Virus record (IMG/VR): IMGVR_UViG_3300048881_000698
Coordinates: 121,279 to 185,278 of that record
DNA length: 64,000 nt
Strand: one strand, 5' to 3'
From: a virus
Lineage: Duplodnaviria; Caudoviricetes
Shown here: positions 29,485 to 39,276 of the stretch, in pieces
Layout of the letters: every line of letters begins with the position of its first letter
Numbering within the stretch: position 1 is the stretch's first letter
Program-made: the position numbers and the translations under genes
The notes under the pieces: generated by a model
What the model saw: only the letters and a program-made list of their open reading frames with translations
What the model was told of the DNA's origin: nothing
Database searches by the model: none

Positions 29485-31549
29485 CTCCTATAATGTTGTG
29501 AAGCCACCTTATGGCCATTATCAACGCAAATATTCCATGCTCTCTGCTTATGGCCATTCTGAACGGAACAAATCTTATAAAATACATGCACATATAAAAC
29601 ACACCTTTTTTAAAAACAGATATCCTGTCCTCATTTAGAATATCATACCATAAATCAAACAAATATTTAATGTCTTCCAATTCATAAGAAAAATATTCTT
29701 CTTTAACATTAATATACTTTTTTTTATCATTAATTTCACTTATAATATGTTCATCGTTTGACCACAGCTCATATTTACTAAGAATTGACTGACATAATTT
29801 TCCAAGATCAAGTTCAACTGCATCAAAGTGATCAGACGCGTCCATGTCGATTAATTTGAAATCATTTTTTTCTTCACTAAAGAGTATATTTTCTAAGGTC
29901 ATATCACCATGAACTGGCCTGATATATCTAGGTTTTATTTTTTGGAGATCAACTTCTCTTAATAGTCTAGAGAGCCCAAAATATTTTTTTTCATTTATCG
30001 TTATGAACTCAGAGTTTATTAGCCATTCCATAGTTTTGTCATCCTCAGAATATTTTTTTAATTTAGGATATATTTTAATTTTCATATGATTCGCCACCCA
30101 TGACATGCCTTCAACTTCTTTCTTGAATGAATAAACATTTTTGTTCATTTTGTTCAAAACTATATTTAAAGTTTTTTTCACTGTATTTGTTGGGTATTCA
30201 ACCAATTTTTTGTAATTTTCCAAGTATTCCATATCATAATAAAGCTCGTAATGGTTATCTTCAACATTTATTACTTTAGGTACCGAACCTGGTAAAACAA
30301 AATCCAACCTCTGTAAATCTTGTATCTGTCTCTTCAGTTTGTCATAATGAACTTTACTATTTTGCTCCTTTTTTACAACTTTTCTTACAAATTTTTTATT
30401 TTTATAAGACACTAAATATGTCATTGCAAATGAATTACCTTTCAATACCTCGATTACTTCGATATCATTATTTTTTATTATCTTTTCAATATCTACGCCA
30501 ACAAGGCCCTCGTTTCTTTTGAGTTCAATTGCGTTCGCTTGAGTTGCAAATATTTTGGATGGCTTTCTATCATTAATTAAAAATCTAGGTCCGGAAGGTA
30601 ATCCCATAATTAAACTGTCATATCTTATATTAAGTTTATCTAAAAAAGAAACTAACTTGTCTCTAAATTTTTCATTTCTGGCCGTTGTTAAAATAATTTT
30701 ATGGCCATCGTTCTTCCATTTATTTAGTGTTTCCGCATGGTTTAATTTTTTGGTTGTGGCTACGTCGCAATCAGAATGATCTTTATGCTCGACAAGCGTT
30801 CCATCAATATCACAAAAAATAGAGCATTCTTTCCTTCTTTCCTCAACACACTTTTCAAACATATCCAAATCGCCATAAAAATATGTTTTTTTAGGTCTAG
30901 CAAATCCAAAAGATGACGCGCTGAACAGAAGATCATTTAATGCATCAGAAACATATATTTTTTCTTTAGAATATTCAAATATATTTTCTTTAAAGTATAC
31001 GCATCCAATTATCCCAAAAACACCATAATCAGACTCAACTCTCTGTTTCTCGCAAATCATTTTTGGCTGCATTTTTGCTTCGTCTATAACGACCTTAGAC
31101 CAATTTTTATATTCTGATTTGTCTATGTCCCATATAGGTATAATGCAATCATAATTGCTATTTGACACAATTAAATTAAATATCGGATCTACATCAATTG
31201 AGTGGTCACAATCACAAACAATTATTGAATTATTTTTTTCAACCTTATTTAAGCCCTTAGCTAACGTTTGGTGTGGGCCGCGGGTTTTTTCTTTTATCTT
31301 GACAACGGAAACGTTAGGGTGTTCTATTAAATTGATAATTTCCTTTTCAACGCTAAATTTTTTATCTTGTTCTTCCGTGCAAATAAATATCACTTCATCA
31401 ATTAAGCGAGACCATTTTTTAAAAGGCTCATATGCAAACTCTATAAATGTTAAGTCTCCAATTTTTAAAAAGGGTTTAAACGCTTGATTAAACCTAACTC
31501 CTTCTCCAGCTATTGGAAAAACAAGTTTAATCTTATTGTCAAGTTTCAT
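29465..31549 (-). CDS. Tri-domain fusion: sugar nucleotidyltransferase + HAD phosphatase + APH/choline-kinase-like phosphotransferase
   Basis: PIAGEGVRF..FKP; FCDIDGTL, LTTAR, LINDRKP; VHGDMTLENIL, KLIDMD, DLGKL. Confidence 0.85.
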   Translation of the reverse strand: MKLDNKIKLVFPIAGEGVRFNQAFKPFLKIGDLTFIEFAYEPFKKWSRLIDEVIFICTEEQDKKFSVEKEIINLIEHPNVSVVKIKEKTRGPHQTLAKGLNKVEKNNSIIVCDCDHSIDVDPIFNLIVSNSNYDCIIPIWDIDKSEYKNWSKVVIDEAKMQPKMICEKQRVESDYGVFGIIGCVYFKENIFEYSKEKIYVSDALNDLLFSASSFGFARPKKTYFYGDLDMFEKCVEERRKECSIFCDIDGTLVEHKDHSDCDVATTKKLNHAETLNKWKNDGHKIILTTARNEKFRDKLVSFLDKLNIRYDSLIMGLPSGPRFLINDRKPSKIFATQANAIELKRNEGLVGVDIEKIIKNNDIEVIEVLKGNSFAMTYLVSYKNKKFVRKVVKKEQNSKVHYDKLKRQIQDLQRLDFVLPGSVPKVINVEDNHYELYYDMEYLENYKKLVEYPTNTVKKTLNIVLNKMNKNVYSFKKEVEGMSWVANHMKIKIYPKLKKYSEDDKTMEWLINSEFITINEKKYFGLSRLLREVDLQKIKPRYIRPVHGDMTLENILFSEEKNDFKLIDMDASDHFDAVELDLGKLCQSILSKYELWSNDEHIISEINDKKKYINVKEEYFSYELEDIKYLFDLWYDILNEDRISVFKKGVFYMCMYFIRFVPFRMAISREHGIFALIMAIRWLHNIIGDEDVKN

Positions 31550-31561
31550 AATACACTCTAT

Positions 31562-32665
31562 TTAATTTTCTTTTTCATTTTTAAGCCACTGTTTAAGTGG
31601 TAGAATATTTTCCATTATTGGTCCAGATGGCGGAGTTCTAAGAGGGAACGATTTTAAAAGAAACTTGGGGCTTAAAATTGGTTTTTCCCTTATTGCCAGC
31701 CATTCATGAAGATGTGTTTGTAACCATTGGGGCTGTGATATTAAAAATGACCAATTATCGTCAAAAGGAAAGTCTCTAATTTTAAGCGCGTGCTTGGATT
31801 TTACAAATGCGTATCTATTGATACAATAGAAAATTCCTCTTTCTTTTAAACGAGCTTGCACTAAATCAAAGTAATACTCGACAGCCTCTTCAGTCATTTC
31901 CCCCAGAGATCTTGCATTAATAATCAAATCAAATTTTATATTTTTTAATATGTCACCCATCCAGCCAGGCACCAAAGCCACGTCAAATCTCTCGTTAACT
32001 ATACGTTCTTCTAAGCTTAAGTTCGAATTTTTCGTAATATCAAAAAATTTTAAATCTGGGTTCGCCATCGATAAATATTTATTTTGAACCAAAAGTGTCT
32101 CCGGGAGATCTAACATGATGTATCTGGCTTTCGGATATCTTTTCTTGAGTTTTTGACAAAGATTTCCATATCCTCCCCCTATTTCCAAAATCCATTCGGG
32201 TTCCCTGCTCAACTCATCGCAAGTTCTTGTTATCTGCCACGTAGCATATAAATGATACAGGTCGTCAAAGTTCAGTTTAGCTCCATTAAATTCGTAATAT
32301 CTTGGTTCCCCTATATCAGGGCCAGCGTAATCTCTGACAAAATTTTCTCCTGCCATTTCAACAAGCTCTTTATATCTTCCAATGATTTCCGGTATTTCGT
32401 ATTCATCATAATTTTGGGGATATTTTTTTCGATTAGTTATAAAATCTTTTCGATCAGTACTATAGAGGCCAGTTTCTAACATACATGTCAAACCATTTCT
32501 TCTAAAGTCTTTCCACGAGCCTTCTTCTTCAATCAATTCTATAAAATCTTTATCAAAAACATCCCAGTGATCACCTGTAAGTTTGTGGCACTGTGCTTTT
32601 GAATTATCATAAAACTTCATAATTTTCCAGAAGAATTTTAATATATTTGTATGGACATCACTCAT
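31562..32665 (-). CDS. Putative sugar O-methyltransferase
   Basis: ILEIGGGYGNL, LDLPE, DLIINARSLGEM. Confidence 0.8.
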   Translation of the reverse strand: MSDVHTNILKFFWKIMKFYDNSKAQCHKLTGDHWDVFDKDFIELIEEEGSWKDFRRNGLTCMLETGLYSTDRKDFITNRKKYPQNYDEYEIPEIIGRYKELVEMAGENFVRDYAGPDIGEPRYYEFNGAKLNFDDLYHLYATWQITRTCDELSREPEWILEIGGGYGNLCQKLKKRYPKARYIMLDLPETLLVQNKYLSMANPDLKFFDITKNSNLSLEERIVNERFDVALVPGWMGDILKNIKFDLIINARSLGEMTEEAVEYYFDLVQARLKERGIFYCINRYAFVKSKHALKIRDFPFDDNWSFLISQPQWLQTHLHEWLAIREKPILSPKFLLKSFPLRTPPSGPIMENILPLKQWLKNEKEN

Positions 32666-32733
32666 TTTAAATTCTCGTCGATATAATTTATCTCATACAA
32701 AAGTAACATAAAAATATCTTTTTTTTAAGCAAT

Positions 32734-33432
32734 TCAAACTTGAAAAACTTTCAAATTAACTGATTCTGGAATGTTTGAAGCTTTTGTAATTAAATGAAAA
32801 TTAACAGTTGGAGTTCTTTTGACTATGTCGAGAAAGTGTCCAACCATGTCTGTATTTTTCATTTTCATTTGCTGGCTTTCTAGTGGTGTTTGCCATGGCC
32901 TTCTAAACAGATAATCGCTTTGATAAAAATCTAATCCAATTACCCATATGTTTTTCGCTTTGAGGATGGCCGCGGCATAAATTATAGCTAAAATGCCAGT
33001 GTTCGGGTGTTTGGTTCTGTAATTCGAATCGCCCGGTTTTAAATAATATTTATCGTCAAAAAAATCATTGTATTTTAAAGTCTCTTTGGGTAAAAAGTGA
33101 CATCTTAGTCCGCAATCCTCATAATATGGTTTCACAATTGCTATGGCATCGTCGATTTTAGTTTTTGACAATTGTACATGCTTTATGTTTAACTCTTCAT
33201 AATGTTTTTTCAGCAGTGGTGCGGTTGTTAATCTATTGACAAAGTGGACAATTTCTTTGCCTTTTAAGTGTGGGGCCACAGTTTCCCATTCAGAATGCTT
33301 GTTATCGATATTTCTATCAAAATTGTTGACCATAAAACAATGCTCAAATTTGTCAGCGTAATTACATATATGTTTAACGCTTGAACCTTTTAAAATAACG
33401 CCAAAATTCTCTAAATTTTCAGGAAAGTGCAT
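32734..33432 (-). CDS. Sialyltransferase-like protein (GT29/GT42/Maf-type fold)
   Basis: VILKGSS, VNNF, PNTGILAIIYA...KNIWVIGLDFY resemble the CMP-nonulosonate transferase fold; NeuA/NeuB are nearby. Confidence 0.55.
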   Translation of the reverse strand: MHFPENLENFGVILKGSSVKHICNYADKFEHCFMVNNFDRNIDNKHSEWETVAPHLKGKEIVHFVNRLTTAPLLKKHYEELNIKHVQLSKTKIDDAIAIVKPYYEDCGLRCHFLPKETLKYNDFFDDKYYLKPGDSNYRTKHPNTGILAIIYAAAILKAKNIWVIGLDFYQSDYLFRRPWQTPLESQQMKMKNTDMVGHFLDIVKRTPTVNFHLITKASNIPESVNLKVFQV

Positions 33433-34327
33433 TTTTTATTTTCCATTCTTCGACTTTTTTTGTTATAATCTCCTCAATAGGATCGTTTAGTTCCGGGCGC
33501 CAATCCGTAAATCTATACAATTTGATATCATTGTCTTCTAACATTTTGTAATATTTATCTGCAGAGTACTCTGATATCTTTTCTACATCATTACCGGTGC
33601 CACAAAAAATATTGATGTGTTTTACTAAATCAGATTCAATCAAATCTTCAAACAATTGATATTCTGCACCTTCTATATTGACTCTCAATATATTAAAGCT
33701 ATTTTCAAAATCCGGTATGTTCTCCTTAACCCATTTTGAAAAAATTATTCCTTTTGAATATTCATATTGTAACCTAGGTATTTCTTCATGTTTTACCGAA
33801 TCCATTTTGCCTTCTGAAAACCAAGAAAGAATATTTGTTTCATCTACTTCTACAAATTTGTTATCTCTTGTTGATATCGTCGGTGTTATTCCTAATGTTC
33901 TGGTCCACTTCTTAATCCAAGAATATAGTTTTTTTAGCGAAAGATTATATACGGGTTTTTTAAAATTAGCGTCTTGAAAACAATAATTGAACATCAAGGG
34001 CATGCCAACACCTTCATTATCTGAACCTTTGGATAGCTGATCTAATTTTTTATTCTTTGATTCAAAAATAGAATGCCCAAGTGCGTTTTTCGCATAATAA
34101 AGCCTAATATATTCTTCAGTATTAGATATTGCACCATGAATAATTTTTACGTTAGTGCCCGCGTACGCGACTCTTTCTTTGCAAAAATCATAATATAAAT
34201 CACAAGCCTCAAAACCATATATATTCCAATTAAAATAATTTTTACCTAGAAAGGTGCACATGTCGCAAAGTTCGTTAGCGGTATGAAGGCCCAAATCAAA
34301 GTAATTTATTTTAACTTGCTCGCTCAT
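33419..34327 (-). CDS. FkbM-like methyltransferase
   Basis: YFDLG, IYGFEA, HGAIS, LRVNIEGAEY. Confidence 0.7.
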   Translation of the reverse strand: MSEQVKINYFDLGLHTANELCDMCTFLGKNYFNWNIYGFEACDLYYDFCKERVAYAGTNVKIIHGAISNTEEYIRLYYAKNALGHSIFESKNKKLDQLSKGSDNEGVGMPLMFNYCFQDANFKKPVYNLSLKKLYSWIKKWTRTLGITPTISTRDNKFVEVDETNILSWFSEGKMDSVKHEEIPRLQYEYSKGIIFSKWVKENIPDFENSFNILRVNIEGAEYQLFEDLIESDLVKHINIFCGTGNDVEKISEYSADKYYKMLEDNDIKLYRFTDWRPELNDPIEEIITKKVEEWKIKNALS

Positions 34328-34328
34328 T

Positions 34329-35174
34329 TCAGCTCCTTGTTATCATAAAACTTCTAACTATTTTTTTACTGTTGCCCTCTGGGTTTTCTTTACAGGCAAA
34401 CTCTAAAAGATGTTCTTCGGAAATGTCCTCATAAACACCTCTATGAAAGCCATCGGTTTCAACTGACTTGATTGGCTCATAACCAGCCTCCTTAAACAAT
34501 TTAGGTTGTGGTATGGGCGTTGTAACAACGTATTTGGGCTTAAATCCAATAGCAAAATATTCCTTAAGGATCTTAGCGAAATCATTTTTCTCATTATATA
34601 GCGACGGGTGAACTTCAACCAAAATACTTATGTTGCCCGGGTTATTCTTAAAATAGCCCAAAGCACCCTTAAAGATATCTACCTCATGACCTTCAACATC
34701 CATCTTAATAAAGTTAGGGAATTTTCTGTCTTTTAAAAATGTTTCCAATGTGTATGCTTCTACACTAACTTTATCAGTACTTCTATGTGTTCTTGCAAAA
34801 CTATGTAAATTTGGGGCATCTGCTAACCAAAAATCCAATGTCCCATCCTTAGATGATATAGCTCCTTCTGTGATCTCACAAATGTCTTCAAACTCATTTG
34901 TTTCAATATTCTGTTGTAATAATTCCAAGTTGTGCTTTCCAGGCTCAATCGCATATACAAAGCCATCTTCTCCAACATTATTCAGCATGTAGAGCGTCGT
35001 ATAGCCTATATTAGCGCCTAAATCAAGACAAACCATACCCTCCTTCACGGTCTCTTGTAATATACCCATAAAGGCCTTTTCCCTTTCGCCTACGCTGTAT
35101 AAAACCTGAGATATACCATTATCTGCTAGATCTAGATGCATCAAAAAATTACCTACATATTGTTTCACCAACAT
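34329..35174 (-). CDS. FkbM-family methyltransferase
   Basis: LDLGANIGY, YAIEP, FIKMDVEGHE, VEVH. Confidence 0.9.
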   Translation of the reverse strand: MLVKQYVGNFLMHLDLADNGISQVLYSVGEREKAFMGILQETVKEGMVCLDLGANIGYTTLYMLNNVGEDGFVYAIEPGKHNLELLQQNIETNEFEDICEITEGAISSKDGTLDFWLADAPNLHSFARTHRSTDKVSVEAYTLETFLKDRKFPNFIKMDVEGHEVDIFKGALGYFKNNPGNISILVEVHPSLYNEKNDFAKILKEYFAIGFKPKYVVTTPIPQPKLFKEAGYEPIKSVETDGFHRGVYEDISEEHLLEFACKENPEGNSKKIVRSFMITRS

Positions 35175-36091
35175 TATTCTTCACTCTCCTTTATATCACT
35201 TAAAAAATTTGCATATCTTTCTGCCACGTTATTCATATCAATATCAGAATTATAACTGTTATTTGTAATATTGTCAAATTTTAACTTTGGAGGATGATCA
35301 ACATCAGCAGGTTCAAGATCCCATGATTCCTCCACTACTATTGTGGCGTCCGGGCCGGCAATTTCTTTTGTACCGCCTTCCGAGCAACATATTATGTGAC
35401 AACCTGCTGCTCTTGCGTCTACAACAACATTCGGGCACGCATCATATCTAGCAAGATGTATAAAGTGGCTTGCAGCTTTCATATATGAAAATAAAGAAAA
35501 AGGGCTCACTTGGCCAAGATAAAATACTCTGTCGTGTTCTATCATTTCCCATGGTTTTGGCATACCAGCCACTATAAGACAATCCTTTTTACCTGAAAAT
35601 TCTAAAAAATATCTAATATTGTCAGGCATCCTTTTCCACCCGCGCCAATTCGACGCACAACACCAAACATTTTCATAATCTTCTAGTTCTTTATTATTTG
35701 CGGGCTCAGTTGTTTCTATCATTTCTAAATCAGCACCATTGTGAATCACTTCATAATTTGGATGGTCTCCAAAATATTTAAACACTAAATTCTTACTGTA
35801 CTCTGACTGAAATATCACGCCATTTGCTTTTCTATATGTGTTCAGTATGTTTGTATTTTGCAAAGTATAATCTTTAGTTCTGTCAAAGTAGATTCCATCT
35901 AGCCTTTGTACAATAGGGATGTTTAAATTGTTAGTTTTAGCCTCGATAAACGAAAGTTGTATTTCTGGGGTTGAGACTGGAGTTGTGTAACACTGGTGGC
36001 CCTGTCTCTTGAGATATTTTGACAGTTTAGTGCCGAAATGATTTGGGCCAGTAGGGAGACCTTTAATTACATTGTCTAAATATATAATCAC
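35174..36091 (-). CDS. Glycosyltransferase family 4 (paralog 1)
   Basis: RLDG, VIFQSEYS, IHNG, DACPNVVVDARAAG, GGTKEI. Confidence 0.88.
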   Translation of the reverse strand: MIIYLDNVIKGLPTGPNHFGTKLSKYLKRQGHQCYTTPVSTPEIQLSFIEAKTNNLNIPIVQRLDGIYFDRTKDYTLQNTNILNTYRKANGVIFQSEYSKNLVFKYFGDHPNYEVIHNGADLEMIETTEPANNKELEDYENVWCCASNWRGWKRMPDNIRYFLEFSGKKDCLIVAGMPKPWEMIEHDRVFYLGQVSPFSLFSYMKAASHFIHLARYDACPNVVVDARAAGCHIICCSEGGTKEIAGPDATIVVEESWDLEPADVDHPPKLKFDNITNNSYNSDIDMNNVAERYANFLSDIKESEE

Positions 36092-36115
36092 CTCTTCACC
36101 ACCTTAATAAACGTG

Positions 36116-37138
36116 TTAACTACCACGAGCATTCACCTTTACATATTTAATATGCTCTATATATCTATCAACTACGTTGTTGATGCAGATATCTGATATT
36201 ATATCATTTTTGATTATGTTATCAAAACTCATTCTGGGTGGATTATCTACATCGACTGGACTGTAATCCCACGGCTCTTCCACAACCACTGTGGCATCTT
36301 TTCCAGCAACCTCTTTTGTGCCGCTGTCAGAAGAACATACTATATGACAGCCGGCGGCTCGAGCATCAACTACCACATTTGGGCACGCATCGTATCTAGA
36401 CAGATGGATAAAATAATTTGATGTTTTATAAATAGAGTGCAGGGTTGATGATCCCACTTGGCCTAGATACATTATCCTGTCATGATGCACTTCAGGCTCC
36501 GACTCATAAAGAGACATGAGACGTCGGGAGGCGGCGCCGGCAACCAATAAACAATCTTTTTTGCCGGAAAACTCAAGAAAATATCTGATATTATCTAATA
36601 GTCTCTTAGAGCCTCTCCAATTTGAAGCACAGCACCAAATATTCTCGTATTGGTCGATGTTGTTTGTATAGTAAGGCTCTGCGTTGTTTATCAAGTCATA
36701 ATCTGCGCCGTTGTTAATAATAATATAATTTTCACATTCTCCAAAATTTTTAAAAACTAAATTTTTACTATAATTTGATTGAAAGATTACGCTGTCTGCC
36801 GCCCTATACGTTTCCAAAGTTTTGGAGTTTTCTGACATATAATCTTTTGTTTTATCAAAATATATCCCGTCCAGTCTATGAATCAAAGGTATATAAGGCA
36901 GATTTGAGGGATAATAGTCTGATAATTTAAAGTAGCTTTTTATAAAGCTTAGTTGGGCGTCCGGAAGCCAAGGTATTTCTAAATTTTCCGCATATCGGTT
37001 ATTAATAAGGTAGGCTGGGTCCATCAAATGTGCATAAGACTGATGGCCTTTTTTCTTAAGAAATTTAGCTAATTTTACAGCAAAATAATTCGGCCCGGTG
37101 CTGGCCTCTGGATCTACATTATCTAAAAATATATTCAT
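36116..37138 (-). CDS. Glycosyltransferase family 4 (paralog 2)
   Basis: Same motifs as the neighbour (RLDGIYFD, WCCASNWRG, YDACPNVVVDARAAGCHI). Confidence 0.88.
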   Translation of the reverse strand: MNIFLDNVDPEASTGPNYFAVKLAKFLKKKGHQSYAHLMDPAYLINNRYAENLEIPWLPDAQLSFIKSYFKLSDYYPSNLPYIPLIHRLDGIYFDKTKDYMSENSKTLETYRAADSVIFQSNYSKNLVFKNFGECENYIIINNGADYDLINNAEPYYTNNIDQYENIWCCASNWRGSKRLLDNIRYFLEFSGKKDCLLVAGAASRRLMSLYESEPEVHHDRIMYLGQVGSSTLHSIYKTSNYFIHLSRYDACPNVVVDARAAGCHIVCSSDSGTKEVAGKDATVVVEEPWDYSPVDVDNPPRMSFDNIIKNDIISDICINNVVDRYIEHIKYVKVNARGS

Positions 37139-37908
37139 TATTCTTCTTTAACAAAGTACATCTCTCGCAGAAAACCAGGAGCAGGTGAGCCAGTTCCTAA
37201 AAAAGTCTGCGAATTCATAAAACTAATTTCCTTTGGGGCGCACCTTACGACGTCATCTTCGCTCTCTATTTTGATAGACTCATATCTGCCGAAAGCCTGT
37301 GGAGCAAAGTCTACAAGAAAAATACCTGACGGCATCAGCACCCTTGTTGCCTCCTTAAACATTTTCTCTAAATCAAATCCGTGATCTATCGAATTTGTGT
37401 ACACAAAATTAAAATAATTATCTTCAAATTTTATATCGTGAAAATCGCCTTCAATAACCAAAGGGGGATTCGGGATCAAATCTATCCCAATTGCGTCAAA
37501 TCCTATATCACGAAGTGCACTGACCTCTTCTCCCATGCGCGCCCCAAGACAAAGGGCCCGGGGCGGATTATCGCGACATTGGTTTAAAATATTCATCCAT
37601 GGAAACACTGTGTAGACTACATTCACAATTTTTTTTCCGTTGGAGTTTTCAGTTATATAAATCTCGTCGAGTGATTTGAAACAAGGTGTGGACGCTTCCA
37701 AGTGCTCCATATCGCCGCTGGCCAAAAGGTATGTTCCGGGAGATACCCTATCTGTAAACCTACTGAATTTTTCTTTAAAGGCGCCTATGCGTAGTTTATG
37801 GATATCATCTTTCATCAATCTTTCGCGGCGGGATGGATCTGAAGTCTTCTCTTTTTGATGTTGAACATACTCTTCGTAGTTCGCATATTCTCTTCTATCT
37901 ATTGACAT
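37138..37908 (-). CDS. Class I SAM-dependent methyltransferase
   Basis: ALCLGARMG, IGIDL, EGDFH, FNFVYTNSIDH, RVLMPSG. Confidence 0.85.
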   Translation of the reverse strand: MSIDRREYANYEEYVQHQKEKTSDPSRRERLMKDDIHKLRIGAFKEKFSRFTDRVSPGTYLLASGDMEHLEASTPCFKSLDEIYITENSNGKKIVNVVYTVFPWMNILNQCRDNPPRALCLGARMGEEVSALRDIGFDAIGIDLIPNPPLVIEGDFHDIKFEDNYFNFVYTNSIDHGFDLEKMFKEATRVLMPSGIFLVDFAPQAFGRYESIKIESEDDVVRCAPKEISFMNSQTFLGTGSPAPGFLREMYFVKEE

Positions 37909-38527
37909 CGCTATCTCTCTTTATGGCCACAATTACTTGACACTCTATTTGGATCGGAGTCATATAGTGTTCTTCAATCTCAAAGGTCTGAGAAATATAT
38001 TTAGCAAACTCATCTTTTGTCCATTCTCTCACATGGCATATGTTCGCAGGAGGGCCATTTTTTTTAACGTCCCAATTCATTTGCCTTTGAACTTCTTGAA
38101 TAACATCACGTTCCGGAGTAGAAATTACCAAATGCTTGAAATTTATACTATTGATGAAATCAATCATTAGATCTGGTTCCAATACATGTTCAATAACATC
38201 AGAGCAGATAACCAAATCAAATTCATCTTTAGGAGGGTTATCATAATCTGAAAGCATATAATCAAAGTAAGGGTATGTTTCTCTTAGCCACGAAAGATTG
38301 GGTTCAAGATCCAAACCAATAAAAGACTTGTCTCTAAAATACTTGACCAATTTAAAACTCGAGCCGCAACCGATATCAAGTACTTTTTTATACTTATACT
38401 CATCTAACAACTGTCTGGCTCTCTGATATACTTCATCTTGGAACTGATCACTAGATTCAATTTGTACATTTTGATTATATTCTTTTCTAGATGTATATCC
38501 CTCTTTTATACAATATTCTCCACTCAT
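37895..38527 (-). CDS. Class I SAM-dependent methyltransferase
   Basis: VLDIGCGS, FDLVICSDVIEHV, ISTP, HVREWT. Confidence 0.9.
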   Translation of the reverse strand: MSGEYCIKEGYTSRKEYNQNVQIESSDQFQDEVYQRARQLLDEYKYKKVLDIGCGSSFKLVKYFRDKSFIGLDLEPNLSWLRETYPYFDYMLSDYDNPPKDEFDLVICSDVIEHVLEPDLMIDFINSINFKHLVISTPERDVIQEVQRQMNWDVKKNGPPANICHVREWTKDEFAKYISQTFEIEEHYMTPIQIECQVIVAIKRDSDVNR

Positions 38528-39276
38528 AGTTTCTCTAGCCGCGAATAAGGCTTCTTATTTCTAATGGCTTGTTCAATTCTAAGCTGGTCTATTCTATGTA
38601 CCCTATCAACTGATAATGGGTTATTTCTATTATAAACATACAGAGGTTCTTTTATAAATACACAATGTTCTGGACCAGACATCTCCGCCATTGGAAACAT
38701 CATAACCTGATCGAAGGTATATTTATAAATCTCTCCATCCCTGTCTGTCATGTCCGCTTCATCTATTTTCAAGAACAGTTCTTTACGAAACGTTCTGAGA
38801 TGTGAAAAAGCCCACTCTTCATATCTTATGCTACCGTGCCAGAAGTGTTCATCTACATGTGGGCAGCCAATAAGGCCTGTCGAAGAATCAACATATGAAC
38901 CGGCTGTCATCCAGACATCAGATGATGAATAGACTTCGTCTAATGAATTCAAAACGTTTTTATGTGGTAATCTATCGTCACCATCTAATGTCACAATAAT
39001 ACTATTTGGGCGAGCTAATTTAACAGCAAATATTATATTGTAGAGTGCTTTTTTGTTGCTTTCATTATGAATAACCTTAGAATCAGCACTCGTCTCTTTG
39101 GCCAAGCTCTGAAAGGTTGATTCTACAATTTTTTTAGTTTCATCTGTGGAAGCGTCGTTTATATATATAACGTCAAAATTATCATAATCTTGTATAAGAG
39201 CTGATTTTATGTTTTTCTCTGCCCACTCTTCAACGTTGTAAGCAGGTACCACAATCGTAAAATGGTTTTTCATCAA
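38524..39276 (-). CDS. Glycosyltransferase family 2
   Basis: IVVPAYN, INDASTDET, TLDGDD. Confidence 0.9.
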   Translation of the reverse strand: MMKNHFTIVVPAYNVEEWAEKNIKSALIQDYDNFDVIYINDASTDETKKIVESTFQSLAKETSADSKVIHNESNKKALYNIIFAVKLARPNSIIVTLDGDDRLPHKNVLNSLDEVYSSSDVWMTAGSYVDSSTGLIGCPHVDEHFWHGSIRYEEWAFSHLRTFRKELFLKIDEADMTDRDGEIYKYTFDQVMMFPMAEMSGPEHCVFIKEPLYVYNRNNPLSVDRVHRIDQLRIEQAIRNKKPYSRLEKL

